DNA of 64,000 bases from an uncultured Chloroflexia bacterium (GCA_963777165.1 CAVZPO010000023.1:558278-622277), one strand, 5' to 3'. Shown: positions 35,523-46,302, numbered from the stretch's first letter. A program made the numbers and translations. Notes: generated by a model from the sequence alone, not told the origin.

Positions 35523-37160
35523 TCATAGACCCGCCGTCAGCTCGTAGACGAAGAGACCTGATCCGGAGTACACGAGCTCGACCCCTGCGCCCAGATGCGC
35601 ATCGAACTCTGCCGGATAGAGCCCCACGCGCTCTGTGACCACGACGTACCGAGCGCCGTAGCTCTGGGCCAGGTCGCGGACTACCTCCAGTTCTTGACCG
35701 GCAGGCAGAGTCATCGCCGGCTGGCCGCTGGCCAGGTTCACACTGTGAGCCTGGGTCGCAAGGACAGGCTCGTCGGGACTGGCATGTGCAGCCAGCCAAC
35801 TGGCTGCCTCGCCGAAGGTGGCCGAGTTCCTGCGGCTATCTTCGATCGCACGGGGCCAAGCAACCACGGATTGAATGAGAATCAATGCCGCAGTCGCGGC
35901 GGCCAGCCCGAAGCCCAATGTCCTCCTACGGCTCGTCACGCGTGCGATCACCAAGGCCGCACCCAGCGCCAACCAGGGGAGGGTCGCGCCCGCCGAGTGG
36001 TAGAACAACCCGGCCAGGGACGGCACGCTGAAGACGATGGCGCTGGCCAGGGCGAGCAAGACACCGTAGGCGATGCCCATCTGCATCACGGGACGCTTCG
36101 CTGCCGCCAGACCGAGCCACCCGAACGCGCCGAAAGGAAACGAGATCAACGCCCACACCCCGAGGTTGTGCACCAATGCCTGCCATCGAAGCCCGGCGAT
36201 GAAACCCGGCCCCCGCTCCAGGAGCGCGCGCAGCGTCGGCGGGTCGTTCCAGTTGAACATCTGCACGTAGTCCTGAAGCGCGGCGGCCGTCATCGGCGAG
36301 ACCGGCTGCAGAACGCCGAACGCGTGCAGGTTGCGAATCCACCAGGCCCCCATCGGTACGGCACAACCGGCTGCGAGCGCTGCCAGCATCAACAGCCCCT
36401 GACGGGTCAGCCGGAGATTGGCGACGAAGAACACAGCAGTCAACGACGGAATGAGCATCCCGTCCGAGCGCGTCAGATACGCCAGCCCGCCGAGCAGGCC
36501 GGCGGCCAGGCTGAGCCCCACCGATCGTCGCTCGGCTGCCAGCCCGCCCACCAGCAGCGCGCCCGCGCCGAGGAGCGCAAAGGGCGCCGCGCTGTCGGTG
36601 CTGGCCGCCTGGTAGACCGGAAGCGCTCCGGCCACAAGCAGGAGCGCCGCGCCCAGGGCGATCCGCCGATCGCCCGGATGCACCGTGCGGCCGAGCACGT
36701 ACGTCAGGGGGACGAGCAGCGCTGCGCACAACGTCCCGGGGACCTGCGCCACGAGCAGCGAGTCACCGAAGGCCTTGATCCAGGGAGCCATGAGCAGCGT
36801 CGCCATCGGCATCCAGTACTCATGGCTTGGGTGGGTGACGGAGGGGAACGTGAACTGGTAGGACCACAAGACATCGGAAACCAGGCCGCGCCCGGCGGCC
36901 AGGCTGCGGGCGGTCTGCAGGTAGAATGCCGGATCGTCAAGCGGCGGGAACGCGATGTGCGCGGCCAACGCCAGGCGGATTGCCCAGGCGATGGCCAACA
37001 ACCCGAGTGCGATCCACACATCGAGTCCTCGTCTCACCGTTCCTACGCCTCCCTCAACAAGGATGACTCCGGCCTTCGCTCCGCCGTTCCACTCTACGCG
37101 CTCACGGCGCGCTTCGGGGGTCACCTCAGCGGGTGCGCTCGAGGATGACCGCCGTGCCAT
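35523..37160 (-). CDS. GT39/GT83-like polytopic glycosyltransferase (ArnT/PMT_2 family)
   Basis: About 12 hydrophobic segments. The N-terminal loop FPPLDDPAFYLQTARSLAAGRGL is typical of dolichyl/undecaprenyl-phosphate-sugar transferases. An alternative GTG start at 37037 would remove the 35-nt overlap with the upstream gene. Confidence 0.6.
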   Translation of the reverse strand: MARRSSSSAPAEVTPEARRERVEWNGGAKAGVILVEGGVGTVRRGLDVWIALGLLAIAWAIRLALAAHIAFPPLDDPAFYLQTARSLAAGRGLVSDVLWSYQFTFPSVTHPSHEYWMPMATLLMAPWIKAFGDSLLVAQVPGTLCAALLVPLTYVLGRTVHPGDRRIALGAALLLVAGALPVYQAASTDSAAPFALLGAGALLVGGLAAERRSVGLSLAAGLLGGLAYLTRSDGMLIPSLTAVFFVANLRLTRQGLLMLAALAAGCAVPMGAWWIRNLHAFGVLQPVSPMTAAALQDYVQMFNWNDPPTLRALLERGPGFIAGLRWQALVHNLGVWALISFPFGAFGWLGLAAAKRPVMQMGIAYGVLLALASAIVFSVPSLAGLFYHSAGATLPWLALGAALVIARVTSRRRTLGFGLAAATAALILIQSVVAWPRAIEDSRRNSATFGEAASWLAAHASPDEPVLATQAHSVNLASGQPAMTLPAGQELEVVRDLAQSYGARYVVVTERVGLYPAEFDAHLGAGVELVYSGSGLFVYELTAGL

Positions 37161-38602
37161 CGGCGAAGGTCTCCGTCCAGAGCGGATCCTGGCGGAGCTG
37201 GCGAACCAGCCGCGAGTCCGGCGGCAGGATCACCCAGTCCACGTCGTAGCGCGCCAGCACCTGTTCCCATCCATCCCCCAGCGTGATGACCGTCTCGTAC
37301 TGCCGCGTGAGCGCCTCACCGTAGAAATCGGTCTGCCCATCGATGAAGACCGTCACCGCGGGCCAGCCTCGAAACAGCAGGTAGCCTCCCCACGGGAAGT
37401 AGTTGAACACATGTCGGCCGGGAGGGTTCGCCAAGGCCCAGTCGACGGCCTGAACGGGAAAGACGCGCGACGAGAGCGTGTTGCCCCCTGGAGCCGGCGT
37501 CAGCCGCACACCTGCGGCCAACAGGGCGGCCGCGCCCAGCATCGCAGCCGCCGGCCACAGCCTGCTCCGCAAGCCGGACTCGAGGCCGTGGAGCCGCGCC
37601 TCACGCTTCAGCCACGAACTCACCGGCCACCGACCCGGGCAGCGCAGCCGCCAGCGATTCGGCCAGGATCGGTACGGCGAGCATCGCGTAGACCGGGACG
37701 TGGCGAACGCTGTACAACCCCAGGCCGGTCCATCCGATCAGCAGGAGGATCGAGCGCGGCTCGGTCTGCCTGCGGCCGAGCGCCAGAAGGACCGGGGAAA
37801 TGAGGATCATCCCCAGGAAGGGCCACGTGCTCACGTCATGGAAGTTGGGGGACAGATACTCGGCCGTGTGACCGACCAGGTAGGCGTTCCCAATGTAACC
37901 GACCGAAGTGGCCCACAGGCGAAGGCCAACGGGGTTCACCAAAGTCGCCGCCAGCGAAAGCGCCAGAGCCAACCCGAGCCGGCGCCCATGAGCGGCGTTC
38001 GCCTCGTCCGGTCCCGACCTCCACCTGTGCCAGGCCCAGTCCGCGGCGTATGCGAGCCATACGACAAACCCGAAGACAAACGCTCCATGCAGGTTCGCCC
38101 ACAGAAGCATGATCAGCGGCTGGCGCCACCATGCCAGCGGCTCGCCGCGTGCCGACCGCTCCAGGCCATCGGTCCAGGCTACGACCAGGAGCAGCGTGAA
38201 CAGGTGCGGCCTGGCGAGCCAGTGCAGGCTGGATGCGGATGCGGCAATCAATGCCAGCAGCAGCGTCGCCAATCCGAGCTTGCTGCGTCGGGCGCCTGAG
38301 CGGTAGGTCCACGACAAGGTCAGGCCAAGCACAACGGCACATAGCAGGACGACGCCATCCAGCCCGAGGATCCTGTACGCAAGCGCAAAGGCAACTTGTG
38401 CCAGCCACTCGTGCGGCGTCAGTTCCTCGCCGGACATGGTATGGGAGAAGATGTCCGTCGTGGGGACTCGACCGGTCTGCAGGATGTGCTCACCGATGGT
38501 CAGGTGACGTCCCAGGTCGCCGTCGACGTTGAGCAGCCTCGGCCCGAGCGCCATGACCAACAGGAAGATGGCTACGAACAGCACATCCTCCAGGCGCGGC
38601 AC
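37126..38602 (-). pseudogene. Polytopic membrane protein with a C-terminal extracytoplasmic domain, either split by a frame change at 37601-37623 or two overlapping genes
   Basis: The ORF 37601-38602 (multi-TM, ends ...ESLAAALPGSVAG) and the ORF 37126-37623 (GTG start, SSWLKREARL..., one TM plus a soluble domain with NYFPWGGYLLFRGWP..VFIDGQTDFYG) overlap by 23 nt in different frames. The arrangement resembles a single GT-C-like protein. Confidence 0.45.
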
Positions 38603-38903
38603 CAGGAAGGCCCCGATCCCGCGCGGCCCATCCGCCGGGGACTCCGGAACCCTGCTGCGCTGCCGACGCCTTGTTGCCTCGGACCGTACTCACGTTCTCA
38701 TTGTCCCGACTTCACCCAAGAGCCTGGATCTCCAATCTCCCGCGAGCCAGAATCAGTGTGACGCAGTCTGCCAGTCCGTCCCTGGGCTCCCCACAGACGG
38801 CGCTCTTCGCAGGATGGGATTCTAGGCCACCCGAAAGGATTCGCCACCTCCGCTCGACTGCCTGCATCGGGGCGCCTTCAGCGCCTGCAGAACGGAGCAG
38901 GTC

Positions 38904-38909
38904 TATAAT
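38904..38909 (+). promoter_or_regulatory. Candidate -10 box (TATAAT) upstream of degV
   Basis: Exact TATAAT 52 nt upstream of the GTG at 38961. No convincing -35. Confidence 0.3.
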
Positions 38910-38960
38910 CGGGTCGCCGGTGTCGGCCAGGGATCCCGATCCCGTCTGAAGGAGCAGTGC

Positions 38961-39827
38961 GTGACCAGAGTCGCCATCGTAACCGACAGCGTCGTCAGTA
39001 TCCCCGAACAACTCCTCACGTCGCTCAACATCCGCTGGGTGGCCTACTATATCCACCGCGGGGCCGAGGTTCTCCGGGACCTGCTCACCATCCAGCGCGA
39101 GGAATTCTTCCGATGGCTCCCCACAGCCAAGGAGCTGCCGACGACCGCAAGTCCGGGGCCGGGTGACTACCTCCAGGCGTACGAGGAGCTGGCTCGGGAG
39201 GGCGTGCGGGAGATCGCCAGCATCCACATGTCGGCCGCCGGGAGCGGAGCTTACCAGGCAGCGCGAACCGCCCAGTCGATGGCCGCCGAACAAATGCCGG
39301 GCGTTCAGATCGAGGTCATTGATACGCGCAACGTCTCCATGTGTCACGGGTGGATGGCGATCGAGGCGGCGCGGCTGGCGCAGGCCGGCGGGCCGCTGGC
39401 CGACGTCGTGGCTTTGGTGCGTCGCATGATCCCGATCACGCACATGATCCAGACCGCCGACACACTCAAGTACCTCTACATGGGGGGCAGGATCGGCGCG
39501 GCCAAGCGGCTGGTCGGCGCCCTGCTCGACATCAAGCCTCTGATCGGTATGCAGGAAGGGACGATTGTCCCTCTGGGGGTGGCGCGCAGTCGTTCCAAGG
39601 CGTACCAGGCGATCGCCGACCTGGTCGAGAAGGCGGTGGGGACCGCTGGCAAAGTGAAGATCGCCTACGTCCACGCTGCCGCGGCCGAAGAAGCCGAGCG
39701 GCTGAGGGGATTGGTTGAATCGCGCGTGCGGGCGGTCGAATCCATCATCGCCGAGCTCTCTCCGGCCCTCGGCGTCCACTCTGGCCCGGGCACAGCCGGC
39801 GTGTGTTTCTTCCCGGTCTCCGAGTAA
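38961..39827 (+). CDS. DegV-family fatty-acid-binding protein
   Basis: 288 aa. VAIVTDS......P......I..V........G....D, and PTTASPGPGDY (the DegV S-P-G motif). GTG start after GAAGGAG. Confidence 0.8.
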   Translation: MTRVAIVTDSVVSIPEQLLTSLNIRWVAYYIHRGAEVLRDLLTIQREEFFRWLPTAKELPTTASPGPGDYLQAYEELAREGVREIASIHMSAAGSGAYQAARTAQSMAAEQMPGVQIEVIDTRNVSMCHGWMAIEAARLAQAGGPLADVVALVRRMIPITHMIQTADTLKYLYMGGRIGAAKRLVGALLDIKPLIGMQEGTIVPLGVARSRSKAYQAIADLVEKAVGTAGKVKIAYVHAAAAEEAERLRGLVESRVRAVESIIAELSPALGVHSGPGTAGVCFFPVSE

Positions 39828-40092
39828 CCTGATTCACCCGCGGCGGCGGAAGGCGGGCTGGCTCACGCCGGCCTGCCGTTTCCCCTCGGGCGGATCTTTG
39901 TCTTCGTCCCGGTCTTGGTCCGCCTGGCTTTCAACCTGAGCGAGCGTCAACTCCGCCCCTGCGCTTGGCAAGCTCCTTGCATCAGCGGGTGTGCAGGCGG
40001 GCACTGGTTCCCCGCCTGACTTCAACGTTCCCAGGCAGGGCTCCCAAGCATGGCCACGCAGACACTCCGCGCCACCCGCCCCACCCCATCGA

Positions 40093-41622
40093 ATGCGATG
40101 CCGTCCGCGGCGGAGAAACTCCGTACGCCCTCTGCTTCTGATCACAGCCATCGGAGCCGTCGCATTGGCAGTTCCTCTAGCGGCTTCCGGAGCACTGTAC
40201 GGCTCCTTCGCGCTCTCCGAAAGGATTGCGCCCGGCGTGGCCGTCGCCGGATTGTCCGTGGGCGAACTGACGGTCGAACAGGCGGCGAAGGCGCTCGACG
40301 ACCTGTGGAATCGACAGCTCACCCTGCAGGTTGTCGATCCTCCCAGCGGCGCGGCATGGACGATGACGCCCGGTGAGCTTGGGCTGTCCGTCGACGCACT
40401 GCAAACGGCACAGCGCGCCTTTGCCGTCGGGCGCGAGCAACGGCTACTCCAGGCGATCCAGCAAGCTGCGACCAGCCTGCGGGAGGGCGTCAACCTCGAT
40501 CCGGTGGTCGCCGTCGATCTCGCCACCGCGCAGCGCCGCCTTGAGTCGCTGGCCGAGGTGGCTGGGACACCAGCACAGGATGCCCGATTGGAGATCATCT
40601 CCGGCGTCGTCCAGGTCTTTCCTGCCCGCGAAGGGCGGGACCTGAACGTCGACGCCACGCTCGAGCTGATCGCCGCCGATCCCACCGCTCTCCTCGTGGA
40701 CTATGGGTTCGTCCCCTTGATCTTCACGCCGCGGCCGGCATCGATCGCCGAGGTGCGCGCAGCCGCGGCCGAAGCCGAGCGGCTGCTGGCCGCGCCCGCT
40801 ACTTTGCTCGTCTACGATCCCGTGACCAACGAGACGTTGACCTGGACGCCGGACCGGTCCACCGTGGGCGAATGGATCTCCGTCGGCAAGGGCGGGACTC
40901 AGGACGCGATTACGCTGGACCCGGCGCGGATCGCCGTCTCGGTGGACGCCTGGTCTGCTTCGTTGGGGGACGAGCGCCAGGTCGACGTGCCGATCGCCGC
41001 AGCTGCCCTTCAAGAGTCGGTTCTCGGCCGGCCGGCGCAGCCGGTTGTCCTGAAGTACCTGCCAACCGCCACCCTTGCCCGCGGCGGCGAGTCACTCGCC
41101 GCGATCGGCTTCCGGCATGGACTGCCGACGTGGAAGATCCAGGAGTACAACCCCACGACGAGCCCTTATGCCGGGCTGGCGGCCGGAACCGAACTCGTGC
41201 TGCCTCCGAAGGACGCCATGCTTCTGCTTCCGGTCGTCCCGGGGAAGCGGATCGTGATTAGCATCACCGAACAGCACCTGTGGACCTACGAAGCCGGCGG
41301 GTTGCGCAGCGAGCACGTGATCAGCACCGGCATCGCCCGCTCCCCCACCCTCCCCGGCCTGTTTCAAGTCCTATCCCACTACGAGAACGCCTACGCCTCG
41401 CGCTGGGACCTGTGGATGCCGAACTTCCTGGGGATTTACGATGCGCTGCCTGGATTCACGAACGGAATCCACGGGCTGCCGCTGCTCTCCAGCGGAGTCC
41501 GGCTGTGGGGAAACGTCCTCGGTCGGCCGGCGTCCTTCGGGTGCATCATCCTCGACTTGAAGGCAGCCGAGGAGCTCTATGCCTGGGCCGAGGACGGCGT
41601 GGTGGTCGAGATCCGCCCTTAG
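40093..41622 (+). CDS. Secreted/anchored LysM + YkuD L,D-transpeptidase-domain protein
   Basis: N-terminal TM (LLLITAIGAVALAVPLAA), a LysM-like segment (GESLAAIGFRHGLPTWKIQEYNP...LAAGTELVLP), and a YkuD catalytic region (IHGLP...RPASFGCIIL). The start is uncertain: ATG at 40093 or GTG at 39991. Confidence 0.65.
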   Translation: MRCRPRRRNSVRPLLLITAIGAVALAVPLAASGALYGSFALSERIAPGVAVAGLSVGELTVEQAAKALDDLWNRQLTLQVVDPPSGAAWTMTPGELGLSVDALQTAQRAFAVGREQRLLQAIQQAATSLREGVNLDPVVAVDLATAQRRLESLAEVAGTPAQDARLEIISGVVQVFPAREGRDLNVDATLELIAADPTALLVDYGFVPLIFTPRPASIAEVRAAAAEAERLLAAPATLLVYDPVTNETLTWTPDRSTVGEWISVGKGGTQDAITLDPARIAVSVDAWSASLGDERQVDVPIAAAALQESVLGRPAQPVVLKYLPTATLARGGESLAAIGFRHGLPTWKIQEYNPTTSPYAGLAAGTELVLPPKDAMLLLPVVPGKRIVISITEQHLWTYEAGGLRSEHVISTGIARSPTLPGLFQVLSHYENAYASRWDLWMPNFLGIYDALPGFTNGIHGLPLLSSGVRLWGNVLGRPASFGCIILDLKAAEELYAWAEDGVVVEIRP

Positions 41623-42857
41623 CCTGAGCGCGCAGCGCCCGGTTCCGCCAGAAGCGCGAACTCCCTCAAGCGGGTCGCGACCAGCACACAGACGGCCAAC
41701 AACGCCGTCAGCCCGATCAACGAAGGCGTCATCGATCCGCTGACGGGGTCTTTGAGCGCGTCCATGGCCAGAATGAACGCGATTCCGGAAACCTGTCCCA
41801 TCCACAACAGCAGACCATTCGACGTCCCCTCCGGCGTCGGACGCGTAATCTCGGCGCCGTACTGGAAGCCAATCGGGCCCGAGCTGAGCAGGAAGAAGCC
41901 CAAGTCGAACGCCGCCACGAGCAGGAGCCAGTACTCCCCTGCGAACGCCACCCCCAGGACACCCGGCAGTGCCCCCACCAGGGCGACGACGATGAAAGGG
42001 ACCCGGCGCCGGAAACGGTCTGAGAGCGAAGGCATGACCAGCGCCCCGACGACGCCGCCGACGATCATCAGCCCGCCGGCAATCCCCGCCTGGGTGATCG
42101 AGAAGCCGCGCGGGCGAACGATGTCCTCGATCCAGGTGGTCACGGCATTGAACAGCCCCAGCCCGATGAAGAAGATGAACAACAGAAGCAGGAAGTCGCG
42201 CTGCTTGAGCGCGTGCCGCAGGCCTTCGTAGACCTTCGAGCGTTCCTCTTCCTCCGGAGGGCACGGTGGCGTGGCCGGGCGCTCACGCGCCAGCAGCACG
42301 AAGGCGACACCCCCCACCACTGCCGCCACACCATAGATCAGCAGCATGGAACCGATGCCCACGCGCAGCGTCAGGAACGGCGTGAGGACCATGCCCAGTA
42401 GAATCCCGACGTACATGGCCAGGGATCCAAATCCGGAGGCCGTCGCCCGCTCCCCGACCGGGAACCAGCGGGCGGCCACTTTGGTCACCGCGTTCAGGAT
42501 GAACGGCTGCCCGATGGCGATCCCAAGCTGCGCCACCAGCACCAGGGTGTAATCCGACGCCACCAGCCCGCGCATCAGCCCGAAGATGCCGGTCAACCCG
42601 GCCCCGATGGCCACCGCCACGCGGAAGCCGTAGGTGTCGATGACCCACGAGGCGGGGATCGAGACCACCAGGTACGCCAGCATGAAGATCATCGATAGCA
42701 GCCCGATGCTCAAATCGGACACGCCGTAGTACGCCGCCGCCGTCCCGGTGATCGGCGCGAACGTGATCCACAGCGCCTGGTTGGCCACCACCGCCAGCAT
42801 GAACGCCAGCAGGACGACCCAGCGATAGCCGTACACCCGAAAACGCACTTCGCTCAT
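41619..42857 (-). CDS. MFS transporter
   Basis: 412 aa with about 12 TM segments and an MFS-type loop (GFRVAVAIGAGLTGIFGLMRG). Confidence 0.75.
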   Translation of the reverse strand: MSEVRFRVYGYRWVVLLAFMLAVVANQALWITFAPITGTAAAYYGVSDLSIGLLSMIFMLAYLVVSIPASWVIDTYGFRVAVAIGAGLTGIFGLMRGLVASDYTLVLVAQLGIAIGQPFILNAVTKVAARWFPVGERATASGFGSLAMYVGILLGMVLTPFLTLRVGIGSMLLIYGVAAVVGGVAFVLLARERPATPPCPPEEEERSKVYEGLRHALKQRDFLLLLFIFFIGLGLFNAVTTWIEDIVRPRGFSITQAGIAGGLMIVGGVVGALVMPSLSDRFRRRVPFIVVALVGALPGVLGVAFAGEYWLLLVAAFDLGFFLLSSGPIGFQYGAEITRPTPEGTSNGLLLWMGQVSGIAFILAMDALKDPVSGSMTPSLIGLTALLAVCVLVATRLREFALLAEPGAARSG

Positions 42858-42871
42858 TGCCGCCTCCGTCT

Positions 42872-44106
42872 CTACTCGTATACCTTCTCGGCTTCGAGTT
42901 CCCCATCCGGTGCGTCGGCCTCGACGTCCCGGCCCAAGGGCGCTGCACCCAGCTCGCGGTAGTACTCGTGCTGGATCACCAGGTCCATGATCTCGTTCGT
43001 GCCGGTCCAGATCAGCGCCAGCCGTGCGTCCCGAAGGAGCCGTTCGATCGGGTAGACGCTGGTGTAACCGATGCCGCCCATGATCTGCATCGCATGGTTG
43101 ACGATCGACCAGGCCGCCTCCGTGCCGACCTTCTTGGCTTCGGAGACCAGCCGCCGAACGCGCGCCGGCTCATCGCCGCGGTCGGCGGCCACCGCCGCGG
43201 CGTGGACCAGGCTGGAGGCCGAATCGAGGAGCGTGATGCACTCGGCGACCTTGAAGCTCACCCCTTCGAAGGTGCGTATCTTCTGCCCGAAGGCCTTGCG
43301 CCGATCGCTGTAGCGTGCCGCCACTTCCAGCGCGGCGCGCGCCATCCCCAGCGCGCCGGCGGCACTGGTCATCCGCTCGGGGATCATCATCTGATAGAAG
43401 ATCTCGGCCGCGCCGTGCTCCTTCCCCACCAGGTTCTCCGCCGGCACCCGCGCCTCCCGGAAGGTCACTCGCCCCGTCCCGCCACCGCGCGTGCCGAGCA
43501 GCCCGTAGACGTGCTGGACCTCGACGCCCGGCCCGCGTTCGACGACGAACATGCTGATCGAGGCGTGCGGATCTCCCGTCGGACGTGTACGCGCGTAGAC
43601 CAGGAAATAGTCGGCGCCCTCCGCCCCGACAATGAATCGCTTTTGGCCCTGGAGGAAGTAGGCATCCCCTCGGCGTTCGGCCAGCGTCGTCGTCCCGAAG
43701 AAGTCGGAGCCGCCGCGTGGCTCGGTCAGGGCTTCGGCAACGGTCAGTTTCCCTCCAGCACCGGTCGCAGCCAGCGCGCCTGCTGCTCCGCCGAGCCGAA
43801 GCAAGCCAGCGCCTCTCCGACGATGCTCGGCAGACTGTAGAGGCACGCCAGCGACGTTCCCAGGACCCCAACCTCTTCCAGCGCCACGATCTCTTCCTGC
43901 CACCCCAGGCCCCGTCCGCCGAACTCGGGGGAGAATTGCAAGCCGAGCAGCCGGCGGGCAGCGGCCTTCTCGAGAAAGACGCGCGGGTAGGTCACGCGGC
44001 CGGCATCCATGTCCAGGATCAACTGGCGCGGGACATCCTCCTGGACGAAGCGGCGTGTTTCGTCCCGCAGGGCACGCTGTCCCTCCGAGAGCAACACCTC
44101 GATCAT
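42872..44106 (-). pseudogene. Acyl-CoA dehydrogenase, one frame change near 43748-43753
   Basis: The N-terminal 120 aa (ORF 43744-44106: [23 protein letters not shown]...WLRPVLEG) continue in another frame as [40 protein letters not shown]... (ORF 42872-). The junction GAGGGAAACTGACC needs one more A/G to read EGKLT. Confidence 0.8.
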
Positions 44107-44361
44107 CTCTTGCCTCCTGCGGAGCCCGCCGCGTGATCCGGCAGCTTGGAATCACAAGCCCGGCCAGCCTTGGCCGGGCCGCAATTCAGTTGGATCGTAG
44201 CGCACGGCGGGTACACCGCTGCCATTGCCCCACCCGCTTCGGCGGCTGGAGTATACAGCCGGCCACCAGCCCCGGGCGACCGTCGGCAAGGGCAAACCGT
44301 AGTTGTGCACGCGTCCGAAGGGGGCTGCCGAGAGGGATCCTCGCGGACCCCTACTCTTGGT

Positions 44362-46302
44362 TCAGCAGTCAGCGTCGACCGTCACCGAAGCCGAGCCGCT
44401 GAAATGGGATCCCGCATATTCGAACTCGAGGTTCCGGGAGCTCCCCGCGCTGACGGTCTTGTTCGTCCCCACTGAGAAGCTCGGCCCGTTCTCCCATCCG
44501 CTCCAGATCGTCGTGTTCATTCTCACTCGTACGAGGTGCTCGTGGTCGTCGGTCCACGTGACACCCACGCCGCTCACATGCAGCACGAGATCGCCTGTGT
44601 TGTGGATCTCGACCGATACGGTATCGCCGTTGATCTGCACCCCGCCCGTGTCCCACTCGCAGACCAGCGGTGGCGGCGTGAGAGTGGGAGGAGGCACCGT
44701 GTTGGTGGGCGGGGCGGCCGTATTCGTCGGTGGGACCGGAGACGCGGTCAGGGTCGGGGACGGCGGAAGTGAGGTCAGCGTCGGTCCAGGAGGAGTTGGC
44801 GATGGCGGAGGCGAGGTTTGCGTCGGACCGGGTGACGTCGGTGACGGCGGGGGCGAGGTCAGCGTCGGACCGGCAGAAGTCGCCGTCGGCGCGGAGGTCG
44901 CCGCCTTTGTAGCGGACGGCGCGGTCGTACGCGAAGGCGTGACGCCGGTCGGCAGGGCGAGGCTCGCGGTGCCTCCGCTCGTCGGGAAGATGAGCAATGC
45001 CTGCGGACTAGCGGATGGTTCATCCATGGACTGCGTCGGCTGCGGTGAGCCGTCTTCGGGGCTCCCCGTCGCCTGAAGCGTTTGCACCACCGCGGAGTAA
45101 ACCGCCGTCTCGAGTTCACCCGGAGGCAGCTCGGTGCCCAGCGCCGGGGCGTTGGCGGTAAGGACGACATCGACGGTCGACTGGAGATCGGACGGACTCA
45201 TGGCAGGGGACGCGCTGGCCGGCCCGAACAGCTCGGGGTAGATGATCCAAATCGCGCCGGCGGAGACAACGCAGGCGAGCAGGAGCAGCAAAGCCGACAG
45301 GACCGCCGCCCGGTTGTTCGAGCGCTTGCGAGCTGGTGGCCTGACGTTCTGATAGCGCTGGTAGAGCTCCAGCGTGCGATCCAGCCCGATCGTGCGGGCC
45401 CCGGCGGAGCGCAGCTTCGGATCGAGGGCAGCCTTCAATTCGGTCTGAAAGGCCTGATTGAGATCCTTGATCGAGGCGAAGCGGAGTGCCGGGTCCTTGG
45501 CCAGCGCCTTGATCAAGACCAACTCCACGCCCTCGGGGAGGTTTGGGCTGACGGAGCGAGGCCGCGGCAAGGGCACGCTGACGTGCTTCATGGCGACCGC
45601 CATCGGCGTCTCCCCATCAAAAGGAAGTTGCCCGGTCGTGATCTGGTAGAGCATGATGGCGAACGAGTATTGGTCCGAACGCGCGTCGATCGGCTCGCCG
45701 CGGCACTGCTCGGGTGACATGTACGCAGGCGTCCCGATCAGCGCCGAGCCGGTGAGGTTCTGCGACGTGTCCTGGGGCCGGGCAAAGCCGAAGTCCGACA
45801 GCACCGCATTGCCTTGATCGTCAAGCAGGACATTGGACGGCTTGACGTCGCGGTGGATGACTCCGTTTTCGTGCGCGTAGCTGAGGCCCGCGGCCAGCTG
45901 ATCGACGATCCGCCCACCTTGAATTGGATCAAGGGGGCCCGCTTGAAGCCTCTCGTGAAGAGTCCCGCTGGCGATAAAGGGCATGACGATGAAGGCCAGA
46001 CCCTCGGCCTCGCCGAAATCGAGAATGGGGATGATGTTGGGGTGCTGCAGCCTGCGGAGAAGCTTGATCTCCCGCTCGAAACGGGCCTGAAACTGAGCCT
46101 CATTGGCCAGGTAGGGGGAAATGATCTTGATCGCCACCGTGCGGCTGGTGGTCACATCCACCGCACGGTAGACGCTCGACATCCCACCCTGGCCAATCTG
46201 CTCCAGGATCCGGTACCGGCCGATCGTACGGCCGACCAATCCGTTCACCGACCTCCTCCGCGACAGCGCTGCGGCACCCCGACTGTGCATCGCAAGGCGC
46301 AC
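44362..46302 (-). CDS. Hanks-type Ser/Thr protein kinase with one TM, a Pro/Thr/Ser-rich linker and a C-terminal extracellular beta-rich domain
   Basis: GRYRILEQIGQGGMSSVY, AIK, HRDVKPSNVLL, DFG, and TPAYMSPEQ. TM helix AAVLSALLLLLACVVSAGAIWII. GTG at 46302 or ATG at 46290. Confidence 0.85.
   Translation of the reverse strand: MRLAMHSRGAAALSRRRSVNGLVGRTIGRYRILEQIGQGGMSSVYRAVDVTTSRTVAIKIISPYLANEAQFQARFEREIKLLRRLQHPNIIPILDFGEAEGLAFIVMPFIASGTLHERLQAGPLDPIQGGRIVDQLAAGLSYAHENGVIHRDVKPSNVLLDDQGNAVLSDFGFARPQDTSQNLTGSALIGTPAYMSPEQCRGEPIDARSDQYSFAIMLYQITTGQLPFDGETPMAVAMKHVSVPLPRPRSVSPNLPEGVELVLIKALAKDPALRFASIKDLNQAFQTELKAALDPKLRSAGARTIGLDRTLELYQRYQNVRPPARKRSNNRAAVLSALLLLLACVVSAGAIWIIYPELFGPASASPAMSPSDLQSTVDVVLTANAPALGTELPPGELETAVYSAVVQTLQATGSPEDGSPQPTQSMDEPSASPQALLIFPTSGGTASLALPTGVTPSRTTAPSATKAATSAPTATSAGPTLTSPPPSPTSPGPTQTSPPPSPTPPGPTLTSLPPSPTLTASPVPPTNTAAPPTNTVPPPTLTPPPLVCEWDTGGVQINGDTVSVEIHNTGDLVLHVSGVGVTWTDDHEHLVRVRMNTTIWSGWENGPSFSVGTNKTVSAGSSRNLEFEYAGSHFSGSASVTVDADC
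44771..44896 (-). repeat. Three tandem 42-nt coding repeats (14-aa units GPT(L/Q)TS(P/L)PPSPT..) inside the kinase linker
   Basis: Plus strand, three consecutive units: gaggtcagcgtcggtccaggaggagttggcgatggcggaggc / gaggtttgcgtcggaccgggtgacgtcggtgacggcgggggc / gaggtcagcgtcggaccggcagaagtcgccgtcggcgcggag. Confidence 0.7.

Noticed and set aside
38712-39779. 355-aa minus-strand ORF overlapping degV.
   Set aside because: It is antisense to a clear DegV-family gene, and its low-complexity Arg/Gly/Asp-rich translation has no recognisable domain.
44690-44930. Short tandem repeats that might have been a CRISPR-like or satellite array.
   Set aside because: The repeats are contiguous with no spacers, they are in frame, and they encode the PT-rich linker of the Ser/Thr kinase.
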